This document shows positions 41,644 through 51,267 of a stretch of DNA of 64,000 nt, in pieces (position 1 is the first letter of the stretch; the number at the start of each line of letters is the position of its first letter). A program made the translations under genes and the position numbers. The notes under the pieces are model-generated. The model had not been told where the DNA came from and ran no database searches. It worked only from the letters and a program-made list of their open reading frames with translations. The stretch covers positions 32,001 to 96,000 of the forward strand of contig JBQLZK010000005.1 of the NCBI GenBank assembly GCA_052168235.1. Reading direction: 5' to 3'. This stretch comes from Thainema sp. (GTDB taxonomy: Bacteria > Cyanobacteriota > Cyanobacteriia > Phormidesmidales > Phormidesmidaceae).

Positions 41644-42747
41644 TTAGTTTTTACTGAGTTCACCTTGTTCTGCCCGCTCTGGATAGAGTGAGTCTAAATC
41701 GAGCCTGAAATTTTCAACGGCATTCAGATTAGAGGAAACACTGATCGCCCCAATATTTTTCACTCGACTTTCAACTGAATGTATAAATCGGTTGAAATCA
41801 ACATCCTGAATCGCATCCGGATTTTCAGGATCTCCTACAAACTTCTCAGTAGCTAGAACGGTGCAAATTTCATTTTCTAGGTTTACATACCCGATATATT
41901 GAATCAGGCTTTTATTATACATATCTTCGGTAGATAAAAGTGACGGGAAATTAAACAGAAAAATGTAAGTCCCACCTAAACAGATTAAAATAGTAATTAG
42001 CTTTTGATGATTGTGATCACTCCCTTTCAACACTACTCCACCCGTATAGATTAAACAAACGCTAACAGCTAGTAAGGAAAGTGCAGAACCAACGGTTAAT
42101 GCTTGATTGAGGGAGTAATAGAATCTAAAAATATCATAATGGATATAGATTCTATTATGAATGTCTTCTAACTGGTTTTCGAGTCTTTTAAGTTCTGACA
42201 TCGAAATCACTGGAAGCCCTATTCCACGGAGCGTATTGTCATATTGAGCGATTGCCTCGCTGGTGCTGTCGATAGCTTGCTTTCTATTTAATATTTCTGC
42301 TTTTAATTCACTGATTTGGGCATCGGTTCGCTTTGGATTATTGGTTAATGAATTTAGGCTAGCTTCAAGCCTTTCTAGCTCTTGTTGTTGCAAAAGCTTC
42401 TTTTGATATAAGTTTTGTATTGAGATATAGGATTCATGGAGTGTAACAGAGAATGAGATGTCGGTTTGATCTAGGGATTCATCGGCAGAATTAGCAGTTA
42501 AAATAGCGGGTTGCCAACTGTCTTTAATACAATTCTCGGCTTGCCCCATCCCGATTTTCTCTCCCTGTTTTAGCCAACCACTCGATTTATAAAAATAAAT
42601 AAAGAAGGTGGCTACTGTTACCAGTAAAATAGACGATACCGCTCCTATATTTAGCCAAATAACCCAATGCTTTACTTGTTTCGCTTGGGTGTTGTCTTGA
42701 CTATCGCTGGGAGATGCTGATGTGCCACTTGCTGATGTGCCACTCAT
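41644..42747 (-). CDS. AT-rich hypothetical membrane protein (TM, coiled coil, 2 TM; SLATT-like topology)
   Basis: 367-aa ORF, visibly AT-rich; coiled coil ~110-200; paired hydrophobic helices near the C-terminus. Confidence 0.7.
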   Translation of the reverse strand: MSGTSASGTSASPSDSQDNTQAKQVKHWVIWLNIGAVSSILLVTVATFFIYFYKSSGWLKQGEKIGMGQAENCIKDSWQPAILTANSADESLDQTDISFSVTLHESYISIQNLYQKKLLQQQELERLEASLNSLTNNPKRTDAQISELKAEILNRKQAIDSTSEAIAQYDNTLRGIGLPVISMSELKRLENQLEDIHNRIYIHYDIFRFYYSLNQALTVGSALSLLAVSVCLIYTGGVVLKGSDHNHQKLITILICLGGTYIFLFNFPSLLSTEDMYNKSLIQYIGYVNLENEICTVLATEKFVGDPENPDAIQDVDFNRFIHSVESRVKNIGAISVSSNLNAVENFRLDLDSLYPERAEQGELSKN

Positions 42748-43111
42748 AGTAGATTCCCTTGACCTGAAAGTACTGAATATCGATTATTCCTATTCAAATT
42801 TAATTGTTGAATTCTAGAGTGGCATCACCCGCTAAGGCCATGAGCATGTGTTAATTGGCGTTTGCCGTACGGTTATATTTTCTGTTTCTGAAGCAGCAAT
42901 CTGCTAGCCGATCAGAAAGCCATGCGATCGCACTTGCAACTGTTCCATATTTCTCTCTTTAGTCAGAGCTAAATATTCCTTGCTGGGATGAGGTCATTGT
43001 GTCGGTGCTCTTTGTAGTCTCTCAACAGTAGTGTTGTGCCAAATCAGTGTGAATGGTTGATGTCACGATCAACTATTCACACCACTCAAATCAAGTTGGC
43101 AGACCCGTCAG

Positions 43112-44155
43112 TTGGCAGTGAGGAGGATTTCATTGAGTTTTCGGATTCTCAGCATTGATGGTGGTGGCATTCGGGGAATTGTAGCCGCCCGGATGCTGGA
43201 CGTGATTGAGCAGCAGTTAAACCAGCCCCTGCGCGAATATTTTGATCTCATTACTGGCACGTCAACCGGAGCGCTGATTGCCGGAAGTTTGATGGTGGGG
43301 CGCTCACCCGCTCAACTGGTGGATCTGTACCTGGCGCGAGGCAAGGAGATTTTTCCCTATCGCAGTTGGTTTAGCCTCCAGCGCCTGCCGTTACTGCTGA
43401 AATATGGCCTGTCGGCTCCCAAGTTTAGCGACCAGGGACTGATTGAGGTGGTGCGATCGCAAGGTTTGGATTTTCCTATTGCCGCTGTTTCACCCGATCC
43501 TCAGCAGTCCACCAAGTTAATGATCATCAGTTACGATACCGTTCGCCGCCTGCCCGTGTTTTTCAAGAGTTGGCGGCATGAGGAGTGGTATGCCAATGTG
43601 CCGCTCTGGCAAGCCTGCGTCTGCTCAGCGGCGGCTCCCACCTATTTTCCGGCTCAGCTTTTGCAGATCCCGATTGAGAACGAAGTGCGTGAATTTTCAA
43701 TGATTGACGGGGGCGTGGGGGCGAATAATCCGGTTGCCTGTGCAGTGGCGGAGGCGATTCGCCTGTTGAGATCGGGGCCAATTGCAGCACCAAAAGCTGC
43801 ATCGTCAATGGATCGCATCATTGATGAAATTAAAGTGTTATCCCTCGGCACTGGTGAATTGGAACGTGGTATTCCCTGGCGGGAAGTGCGCGGCTGGGGA
43901 CCAATCCAGTGGGCACCCCGAATTGTGGATGTGATTATGGATGCGCCAGCGGATATTCATCGCTACATTGCGGAGCAAATTGTCACCAAGGCTGGCACAG
44001 AGGACGTTTATGATTACCTCCGACTACAACCAGAACTAGCGCAAAAGTTCGGTGCCATCGACAATGCCAATCCAGCTTATCTGCAACAGTTGCTCATTCA
44101 AACAGATGAGTATCTGACCGCGCAAGCTGATCAGATTAAAGCTTTTTTCACCTAG
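43112..44155 (+). CDS. Patatin-like phospholipase (start may be TTG 43133)
   Basis: DGGGIRG, GTSTG nucleophile elbow, SAAAPTYF, DGG. Confidence 0.93.
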   Translation: MAVRRISLSFRILSIDGGGIRGIVAARMLDVIEQQLNQPLREYFDLITGTSTGALIAGSLMVGRSPAQLVDLYLARGKEIFPYRSWFSLQRLPLLLKYGLSAPKFSDQGLIEVVRSQGLDFPIAAVSPDPQQSTKLMIISYDTVRRLPVFFKSWRHEEWYANVPLWQACVCSAAAPTYFPAQLLQIPIENEVREFSMIDGGVGANNPVACAVAEAIRLLRSGPIAAPKAASSMDRIIDEIKVLSLGTGELERGIPWREVRGWGPIQWAPRIVDVIMDAPADIHRYIAEQIVTKAGTEDVYDYLRLQPELAQKFGAIDNANPAYLQQLLIQTDEYLTAQADQIKAFFT

Positions 44156-44254
44156 AGTTCAGTTGACTCTCATCCTCCCAACCTCCTTGCGTGAGAGAAC
44201 GAGAAAAGGAAGAGTAAGAGTAAGGGACAGAGGTTGACTGAATTATTGCTATCT

Positions 44255-44292
44255 ATGAATTAATTCGAACAATTTTGATGAATAAAATCGAT
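44255..44292. promoter_or_regulatory. Paired T-N11-A LysR-type boxes
   Basis: ATGAATTAATTCGAA (44255) and ATGAATAAAATCGAT (44278) upstream of the LysR gene. Confidence 0.5.
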
Positions 44293-44412
44293 AGATTTTA
44301 CGGAGGTAAAATTAGACAAATAAGGCATGATGTGGGGAACCGTCTAAAAATTTGCAGGAAATCGGTTTTTATTGACAGATTCCACATCAAGACGAGTTTG
44401 GCTTGAGGACTC

Positions 44413-45330
44413 ATGGCAAATATCGATGTGTGTCGTTTAAAAATTTCTCAACTTCGCGCCCTGGTTGCGATCGCAGATGAAGGCACCTTCGGCAAAGCTG
44501 CACTTCAGCTCGATGTATCTCAGTCAGCCGTCAGTCACGCCATTTCGACGATGGAAGAAACCCTGGGGGTGTCACTGCTGAATCGGGGTCGTCAGGGAGC
44601 CGCCTTAACTCCAGTTGGCGAAGACATCGCCGAAGAAGCCCGTCAGGTACTGGCTTCGCTAGAGCGAATTGGTAAAACGGCCACCTCAGCTCGCGGCTTG
44701 GAAACAGGGCAGGTGCGGGTTGCTTGCTTTCGCAGCGTAGCCACTCACCTGATACCGAGCATTATTGGACGGTTTCAGCAGCGCTACCCCGACATTAAGG
44801 TCATCATCACCGAGCATGTTTCTACCGATACGATTGAAGCAGATCTGCTGACGGGTCAGGCTGATATTGGTTTTGTTTTATTGCCAACCCAAAAAGATCT
44901 GCTCGAAACGCGGGCAATTCTACGCGATGAGTATGTCGTGCTACTGCCGCCGACTGAGAATCCACCTGCCAAGCTAACCTGGGAGCAGTTAGAGCAGTAT
45001 CCGCTGATTTTGCCGCCGCGCCACGTTACCTGCTGCGCGATTGTGCAGGATAATTTCGAGCGCTATAATCGCCCCTTCAAGCTGGCCTACGAAATTACGG
45101 AAGATTCAACGATTCTCAGTATGGTGATGCAGGGCTTAGGCGCAACCGTGATGGCTCGCTTAGCGGCTGATCCAATTCCCAAAGAGTTACGGATTGCCTA
45201 TCCGCCCGAACCAATGGAGCGTGTGATTGGCGTCGCTATTTCATCCGAGGCGCTGCATCCTCCCGCTGTTTATGCGTTCTGGGAAACTCTGCAAGCAACG
45301 TCTGACGATACAGAATCGCGGGTTGCGTAG
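44413..45330 (+). CDS. LysR-type transcriptional regulator
   Basis: GTFGKAALQLDVSQSAVSHAI...LTPVG helix-turn-helix; substrate-binding domain. Confidence 0.95.
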   Translation: MANIDVCRLKISQLRALVAIADEGTFGKAALQLDVSQSAVSHAISTMEETLGVSLLNRGRQGAALTPVGEDIAEEARQVLASLERIGKTATSARGLETGQVRVACFRSVATHLIPSIIGRFQQRYPDIKVIITEHVSTDTIEADLLTGQADIGFVLLPTQKDLLETRAILRDEYVVLLPPTENPPAKLTWEQLEQYPLILPPRHVTCCAIVQDNFERYNRPFKLAYEITEDSTILSMVMQGLGATVMARLAADPIPKELRIAYPPEPMERVIGVAISSEALHPPAVYAFWETLQATSDDTESRVA

Positions 45331-45370
45331 TTCAAAGATCTCTGGCAATGGGCGGCATCACCACTATAAC

Positions 45371-46264
45371 TTAAAAAATCATGCCTAAAATCATGCCGAC
45401 CAGGAGGAGAAAGCCCACCCAGACGTTCTGGCGAAAGATTTGACCGTAGGCGGTAGGCGGTACTTGCGTATGATTGAGGCGGCGATAGTGACGATACCAA
45501 ACTGCGATCGCACCAGCCAGCGCCATCCAAAAGGGAATCGAGAGCTGCATCACATAGCCCATACAGCCTAGCAGGATTGCTGTTCCGGCAAAGAAGAGGC
45601 CAACGGCCAAGGGCGTGCGATCACCAAAAAAGCGGGCGCTGGAGTTGACGCCGACCTGTTTGTCATACTCTCGATCGGGCATGGCGTAAACCGTGTCAAA
45701 TCCCAATGTCCATAGCACTGTTGCGCCCCACAGCAGCCAGGTGGCTAACTCTAAACTAGCCGTTACCGCGCTCCAACTGATTAGGACAGCAAACCCCCAG
45801 GCAATCGACAGAACCAACTGCGGGATGGGAAAGACGCGCTTGGCTAAGGGATAGAGGATAATCACGGGAACCGCTGCCACACAGAGCCAAAAACTAAGCG
45901 GATTCAGGTAGAGCGCCAAAATTAGTGCGCAGAAAAAAGCTGCGATCGCAACGCCGATTCCGGTACGTATGGAGAGAGCACGAGCAGCTAAAGGACGATT
46001 GCGGGTACGCTCCACCTGCGGATCAATATTCCGATCCCAGAGATCATTCACGACACAGCCAGCTGCACTGGTGGTGAGGCTGCCGAGAATGATGACGCCA
46101 ACTAGCGGCAGTGGCGGCAGGAGCGAGGGGGTACTTTCCGCCGCCAGAAACACGGCCCACAGTGCCGGGATCATCAAAATCAATCGTCCTTCAGGCTTGT
46201 CCCAGCGCAGGAGACGAACAATGGCTTTCCAGGTGGGTTCTGAACTGTGCGATCGCGTAACCAT
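45371..46264 (-). CDS. ubiA: 4-hydroxybenzoate solanesyltransferase (UbiA/PlqA)
   Basis: LLRWDKP, NDLWDRNID..VERT..RPL, YPLAKR, DTVYAMPD. Confidence 0.93.
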   Translation of the reverse strand: MVTRSHSSEPTWKAIVRLLRWDKPEGRLILMIPALWAVFLAAESTPSLLPPLPLVGVIILGSLTTSAAGCVVNDLWDRNIDPQVERTRNRPLAARALSIRTGIGVAIAAFFCALILALYLNPLSFWLCVAAVPVIILYPLAKRVFPIPQLVLSIAWGFAVLISWSAVTASLELATWLLWGATVLWTLGFDTVYAMPDREYDKQVGVNSSARFFGDRTPLAVGLFFAGTAILLGCMGYVMQLSIPFWMALAGAIAVWYRHYRRLNHTQVPPTAYGQIFRQNVWVGFLLLVGMILGMIF

Positions 46265-46535
46265 AGATTCAATTTTGGGCCAAGTGAACTAAAAATAAGC
46301 TGATAAGACGGTATCTGCCGCCGTTTATTAAGATATCGCTCTCCTAGGAGATTATGAAACGGGTTGGCTTGATTTAACTCGATTTAATAGAGATAAACGT
46401 TGCCGACTGCACAACGATTAGAGGCACGAGTGGCTACGAAAATCGGGGTTCCAACTAAGATGATCGTTGGAAATAAACATCTGGTACAAGAAACCCTGCC
46501 CTTTTGAATTGAGCGGCGCGATCTCATTTACGCCG

Positions 46536-46802
46536 CTACGACACATTCACTAACCAGAGATAAGCGAGCATACCTAGAGCCGCCACAGCTGCGATCTCAT
46601 CTCGCTGCTGGCGAACAAAGTATTGCAGACTGGCCCAAACATCCCGTAGAGCTTGGCGGCGGGCATCGCCCAACTCGGTCATCAGCCGCTGCACTTCAGC
46701 ATCAACTTCCTCAAGCGTCATCTCATTGCGCTTGTAGGCGGCTTCGACCTTGTCTAGCTTTTTCCAGTACTCCCGCGTTGCACTGGTCAGGTCAGTAAAC
46801 AT
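46536..46802 (-). CDS. Small hypothetical protein, helical with C-terminal TM
   Basis: ATG 46802 with GAGGTG RBS; 88 aa. Confidence 0.65.
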   Translation of the reverse strand: MFTDLTSATREYWKKLDKVEAAYKRNEMTLEEVDAEVQRLMTELGDARRQALRDVWASLQYFVRQQRDEIAAVAALGMLAYLWLVNVS

Positions 46803-47111
46803 GTTGAGTAAATCACCTCGTAAACTTTTGTGAATCGCTATTGACATTCTAGCGCCACCTCAAGGTGAGGTTCTCCGTACTCAGCGGGATATTACATCTC
46901 TCTCGATCAACTGCATCGGTATCTGGATCGGCTAGGCAGCCTGTAACCTACGGCTGATTAGCCGTCACAGCCTTGTCACTATTGTCAGAGAAAATTAGCT
47001 GGGGAAGTCTTGAGAGAAGTCCTGAATCGGCCTTTTACTCAGGTTTTCCACTCAGTCAAGTGTATTGGTGCCTACTAACGTTGTAATAACTATAAATAGT
47101 ATTGTGGTTGA

Positions 47112-48311
47112 ATGTCGCTCATTTTATTTCGAGAAATACCAGTTGTTTTAGTCTTTTTAGGTACGATTACAATGCTGGTTTCAATCCGAAAGGCTCAGAA
47201 GGTATTGGGTCTTTTCGAAACTAAGCGAATTCCTAGAAACTGGAATATTTTATATTCATTGATGATTATGTTTTTAGGAGGTTATTCGTTCGCAGCTTGG
47301 CTCATTTGGAATCAGCAATCAACCTGGATTACATTACTAACAGGAATTGTGTTCTTTGGTGGAGCCTTTTTTGTTCTGTTTAGCGTCACGACTTATCATC
47401 AAACATTGGGCCAGCTGATTTCCTCTCAACGACTCTGTGAAGATGCCAAACAGCGTGCAGAAGAATCGTTAGAACGTCTACAGCAGATACCTTCGCTAAT
47501 CCAAACGGAAAAGATGGCTGGGCTAGGTCAAATGGTTGCAGGAGTTGCTCACGAGATTAATAACCCAGTCAATTTTATTCACGCCAATATTAAGCCAGCT
47601 CAAGCTTATATTGAAGATTTAATTAATCTAGTTGATTTGTATCAGATGACGTTTCCTGATCCACCAGAACAGATTCAAACCGCATTACATGAAGCTGATT
47701 ATGCCTTTTTGAAGCAAGATTTACCGAAGTTGCTCAGCTCAATGAAGACTGGCTCTCAGCGCATTTCTGAAATTGTTCGCAGCTTGAAAACTTTTTCTCG
47801 GATGGATGAATCGGCGCTTAAAGAAGTCAATCTTCATGATGGTTTGGATAGTACCATCATCATTCTGGAACATCGACTACAAGCAACAGCCAAGCGTCCA
47901 CCAATTGAAATTATTTGCTCCTATGGTGATATTCCACCCATATTTTGTTTTGCCGGGGAATTAAATCAGGTGTTTATGAATATTTTGAGCAACGCAATTG
48001 ATGCGTTAGAAGATGCAGTTTATCAACACAATTTACACCAGCCTCAGATTGAAATTAAAACACGAGTCCATCAAGACTCTGTCCGAATTCATATTATGGA
48101 TAATGGATCAGGAATTCCTTGCTCGATTCAACCTAAACTGTTTGATCCCTTCTTTACGACTAAAGCCGTTGGCCAAGGGACTGGCTTAGGATTATCAATT
48201 AGCTATCAGATTGTGACCAAAAAACATGGAGGCAATTTGCGCTGTTATTCCAGACCCGGTCAGACTGAATTTGTGATTGAGCTGCCGCTTCGCTGTCGGC
48301 AAGTTGCCTAG
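47112..48311 (+). CDS. Membrane-anchored sensor histidine kinase
   Basis: Three N-terminal TMs; AGVAHEINNP, NAIDA, DNGSG, FFTTK, GTGLGL. Confidence 0.93.
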   Translation: MSLILFREIPVVLVFLGTITMLVSIRKAQKVLGLFETKRIPRNWNILYSLMIMFLGGYSFAAWLIWNQQSTWITLLTGIVFFGGAFFVLFSVTTYHQTLGQLISSQRLCEDAKQRAEESLERLQQIPSLIQTEKMAGLGQMVAGVAHEINNPVNFIHANIKPAQAYIEDLINLVDLYQMTFPDPPEQIQTALHEADYAFLKQDLPKLLSSMKTGSQRISEIVRSLKTFSRMDESALKEVNLHDGLDSTIIILEHRLQATAKRPPIEIICSYGDIPPIFCFAGELNQVFMNILSNAIDALEDAVYQHNLHQPQIEIKTRVHQDSVRIHIMDNGSGIPCSIQPKLFDPFFTTKAVGQGTGLGLSISYQIVTKKHGGNLRCYSRPGQTEFVIELPLRCRQVA

Positions 48312-48374
48312 CTCTCACCTGGCACTAACAATTAAGCAGGACAATTGGTAACGTGCAAGATAGGGGCAGTGGGA

Positions 48375-49982
48375 TTATTTAGGATTTTGCGTAATCTGAT
48401 AAAGCCGTTGGGTCTGTTCTCGCAGAGCCTCCACATCTTCAGCGGCGATGGACTGCACATAGTTAATCTTGATTTCCTCTAGCAGCACTGTTACCAAACT
48501 TTCGAATTCCTGCACCGTGTCACCTTTACGCACCTCAGTCTGGAGATGGCGGACAATGCTATCCACCAGCGACTGCACGAGTTCGGCTCCCTTTTCGTCT
48601 TTCACCGTCGATCGCAAAATGCCCGCAATGCTTTCGTATACGCTGTGCGTCACCTGCTGGGAAAGCTGATGCGACAGTGTTTCAAAGCCAGGAAGAATTT
48701 TCATGTTGCTGTAGAGCGGTGCGGAATGGAGCGATCGCTCTAAATTGTGATCCAACAGCGCCTCGACTTGAGGGCGCACTTCTGGCAGCACTTTGTAGAC
48801 CAGGATGGAAACCAAGCGTCGCGTAATCGTTTCGACTTCGTTGACATCATTGAGGTCAATGTAGCGCTGTCCACTATTAGGCGTGAGCAGGATTTTGGCA
48901 ACTTCGCCTTCGCGGACCAGGTTTTGAATTTGATCAATAACGCGAATAATGACAATTTCCGTCATTTCAATCGCGAAGTGAGTGACGAAAGCGCGGCGAA
49001 TTCGATTACTAATCGGCTCCAGGTTAATCAGATTGGACTGGTTGATTCGAATAATCACTGGAATGATGCGGAGCCAGCGCCAAAAGGGCAAGAGCAAAAT
49101 CAGGTCATACCAGCGCCATAGCACGGCATCAATCAAGTTTGTGCCTTTGTAGCGACGGCTGAGATAGATGCTGCGGAGGATGAGCTCGGCGGCAAAAATG
49201 GCAACGAACCAAATGTCGATTTTGATAAACAGATTGGTCGGATTGCCGTCTAGACCAATGCCGCGAAAGTAGTTGGTTTCAAAGAGGGGCCGAATATCTT
49301 CATTGAAGAACTGTAACTCGTCGATCCAGCCTGCCTGATTGAGATATTCAACACTCCAAAATGTTTCGAAGGCTTCTGTAGAGGATTCTTCCCCAACCCG
49401 CTCTCGCATCCGCTGTTTAATGCGCTCTAGCGTTCCCGTTTTATCGGCAATTTCAAACGGATTTTCGTCGATGATTTCCGCGCTCATCATCTGTAGCTCA
49501 TTCAGCAGAACAGGTACAGATTGAACCCCAACATCAGCTTCAACCCCATTCGTTGCAGCCTCTGAATCATCGGTATCAATGCCAGCATCCGATTCGGCTT
49601 CCGGTTCAGACCCAAAATCGGTTGGTTCATCGGCAGGTTCATCAACCTGCGCTTCTTCCAGGCTAATGTTGCCTGCATTCGCCTCATCCACTTCTGAACT
49701 GGCGGGTAAGCCGTTGGCCTCTAAGGCTTCGACTAGTTCACTGACGGTATCGAGATACGCTTCCGTCGTGCGATAGGGTTCAATGCCCTTAAACTGCTCA
49801 CCATACCAGGTCGTAAACTCTGGCAGATATCGCAGATAAACATCCCGCAGCGGAATGTAGCTCAGATCAAACAGAACTAAGATGTAATTGAGAAGTGCGA
49901 TCGCAGCCATGATCTTCTCAAAAACATAGCTGCGGTGTCGCTTAGGAAGCTTTCCCCGCGTTCTCGGTTGAATAATCGTCAT
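48375..49982 (-). CDS. Conserved hypothetical membrane protein with an ion-transport-like TM segment and an acidic insert
   Basis: FDLSYIPLRD; IDIWFVAIFAAELILR...WYDLILLLPFWRWLRIIPVIIR; helical C-terminus. Confidence 0.75.
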   Translation of the reverse strand: MTIIQPRTRGKLPKRHRSYVFEKIMAAIALLNYILVLFDLSYIPLRDVYLRYLPEFTTWYGEQFKGIEPYRTTEAYLDTVSELVEALEANGLPASSEVDEANAGNISLEEAQVDEPADEPTDFGSEPEAESDAGIDTDDSEAATNGVEADVGVQSVPVLLNELQMMSAEIIDENPFEIADKTGTLERIKQRMRERVGEESSTEAFETFWSVEYLNQAGWIDELQFFNEDIRPLFETNYFRGIGLDGNPTNLFIKIDIWFVAIFAAELILRSIYLSRRYKGTNLIDAVLWRWYDLILLLPFWRWLRIIPVIIRINQSNLINLEPISNRIRRAFVTHFAIEMTEIVIIRVIDQIQNLVREGEVAKILLTPNSGQRYIDLNDVNEVETITRRLVSILVYKVLPEVRPQVEALLDHNLERSLHSAPLYSNMKILPGFETLSHQLSQQVTHSVYESIAGILRSTVKDEKGAELVQSLVDSIVRHLQTEVRKGDTVQEFESLVTVLLEEIKINYVQSIAAEDVEALREQTQRLYQITQNPK

Positions 49983-50198
49983 AGTTTAATTGGGTTCAAC
50001 AGGAGCCAAATCGCTCTATAAGTTTTGCCGGCTAGTTCTTCATCAAAGAGTTTAAGGGGCAATCCGTCATCTATGCCCAGATAGAACCTGATTTTTCAAG
50101 AAAATTGCCAATACAGCCTCCCTACGCTTCTACCTTCCCTTGCTCCCCCTTTACCAGTTGTCATACAAAGTTGGGTTAAAACCCCGGTTAAAACCCAA

Positions 50199-50260
50199 CG
50201 ATTCATTTTTGTAGACGCTTGGTTCAGCGAGGCTTCTACAAAAATGAATCGGGTTCCTAT
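50199..50260. repeat. Palindromic MITE/REP-like element
   Basis: 17-bp perfect inverted repeat CGATTCATTTTTGTAGA / TCTACAAAAATGAATCG. Confidence 0.7.
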
Positions 50261-50342
50261 ACACGGACTTGATATCAATCTTGCCGAGTATGTCACAGTA
50301 AAAGAGTAATTTCAGCACATCCTCACTGGAACGATTCACATC

Positions 50343-51239
50343 GTGGTAGCTTCTTCGATTCAAGTTCAATCTCAAACCTGGCAGTGGAACGGTTATTCCA
50401 TTCGCTATCAAACGGCGGGCGAGACGGGTTCTACTCTGCTGTTAGTGCATGGCTTTGGCGCATCTAGCGATCACTGGCGCAAAAATATTCCCGTCTTGGC
50501 CGAACAGCACCGTGTCTTTGCCATTGACCTCCTCGGCTTTGGTCAGTCAGAGAAACCTTCACCTGGTATACCCAGCCGCTATACGTTTGATACTTGGGGG
50601 CAGCAGCTTTTAGACTTTTGCCAAGAGGTAATCGGTACACCCGTGTTTTTAGTGGCCAATTCCATTGGATGTGTGGCGGCGATGCAAACCGCCGTGCTGG
50701 CTCCCGATTGGGTACAAGGCGTGATTGCCCTCGACTGCTCACTGCGGCTGTTGCACGATCGCAAACGGGTAACGCTACCGTGGCACCGTCGCTACACGGC
50801 TCCACTGCTGCAAAAGGTGCTGGCCTATCGAGCCATTGGCCATTTCTTTTTTTCCCGCTTGGCTCAGGCCAAAGTGATTCGCAATATTTTGACCCAAGCC
50901 TATGGTCGCAAAGATGCCGTCACCGACGAACTAGTGCAACTGCTGCTTCAGCCCGCGTTTGATGAGGGTGCCGCAGATGTGTTTCTGGCCTTCACGGCCT
51001 ACTCCCAAGGCCCTTTGCCGGAAGACCTGCTGCCCCAGTTGACCTGCCCTGTTTTGCTAGTCTGGGGAGAAGATGATCCCTGGGAACCCGTTGATTTGGC
51101 TCGACAGCTAGGCGAGTTCGACTCGGTGGACGAGTTTATCACACTGCCGGGTGTCGGCCACTGTCCCCAAGATGAAGCTCCGGAACTTGTGAATCCTCTC
51201 ATTCACGATTGGGTAACGCGAATCACCTCCCGCACCTGA
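50343..51239 (+). CDS. Alpha/beta hydrolase
   Basis: VHGFGASSDHW, DLLGFG, ANSIG, GHCPQDE. Confidence 0.92.
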   Translation: MVASSIQVQSQTWQWNGYSIRYQTAGETGSTLLLVHGFGASSDHWRKNIPVLAEQHRVFAIDLLGFGQSEKPSPGIPSRYTFDTWGQQLLDFCQEVIGTPVFLVANSIGCVAAMQTAVLAPDWVQGVIALDCSLRLLHDRKRVTLPWHRRYTAPLLQKVLAYRAIGHFFFSRLAQAKVIRNILTQAYGRKDAVTDELVQLLLQPAFDEGAADVFLAFTAYSQGPLPEDLLPQLTCPVLLVWGEDDPWEPVDLARQLGEFDSVDEFITLPGVGHCPQDEAPELVNPLIHDWVTRITSRT

Positions 51240-51267
51240 TCATCCTGTAGTTTTTGTCGGTTTCCCT

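Noticed and set aside
43112..44155. CBASS system call for the patatin
   Set aside because: No CD-NTase or cap ancillary genes nearby
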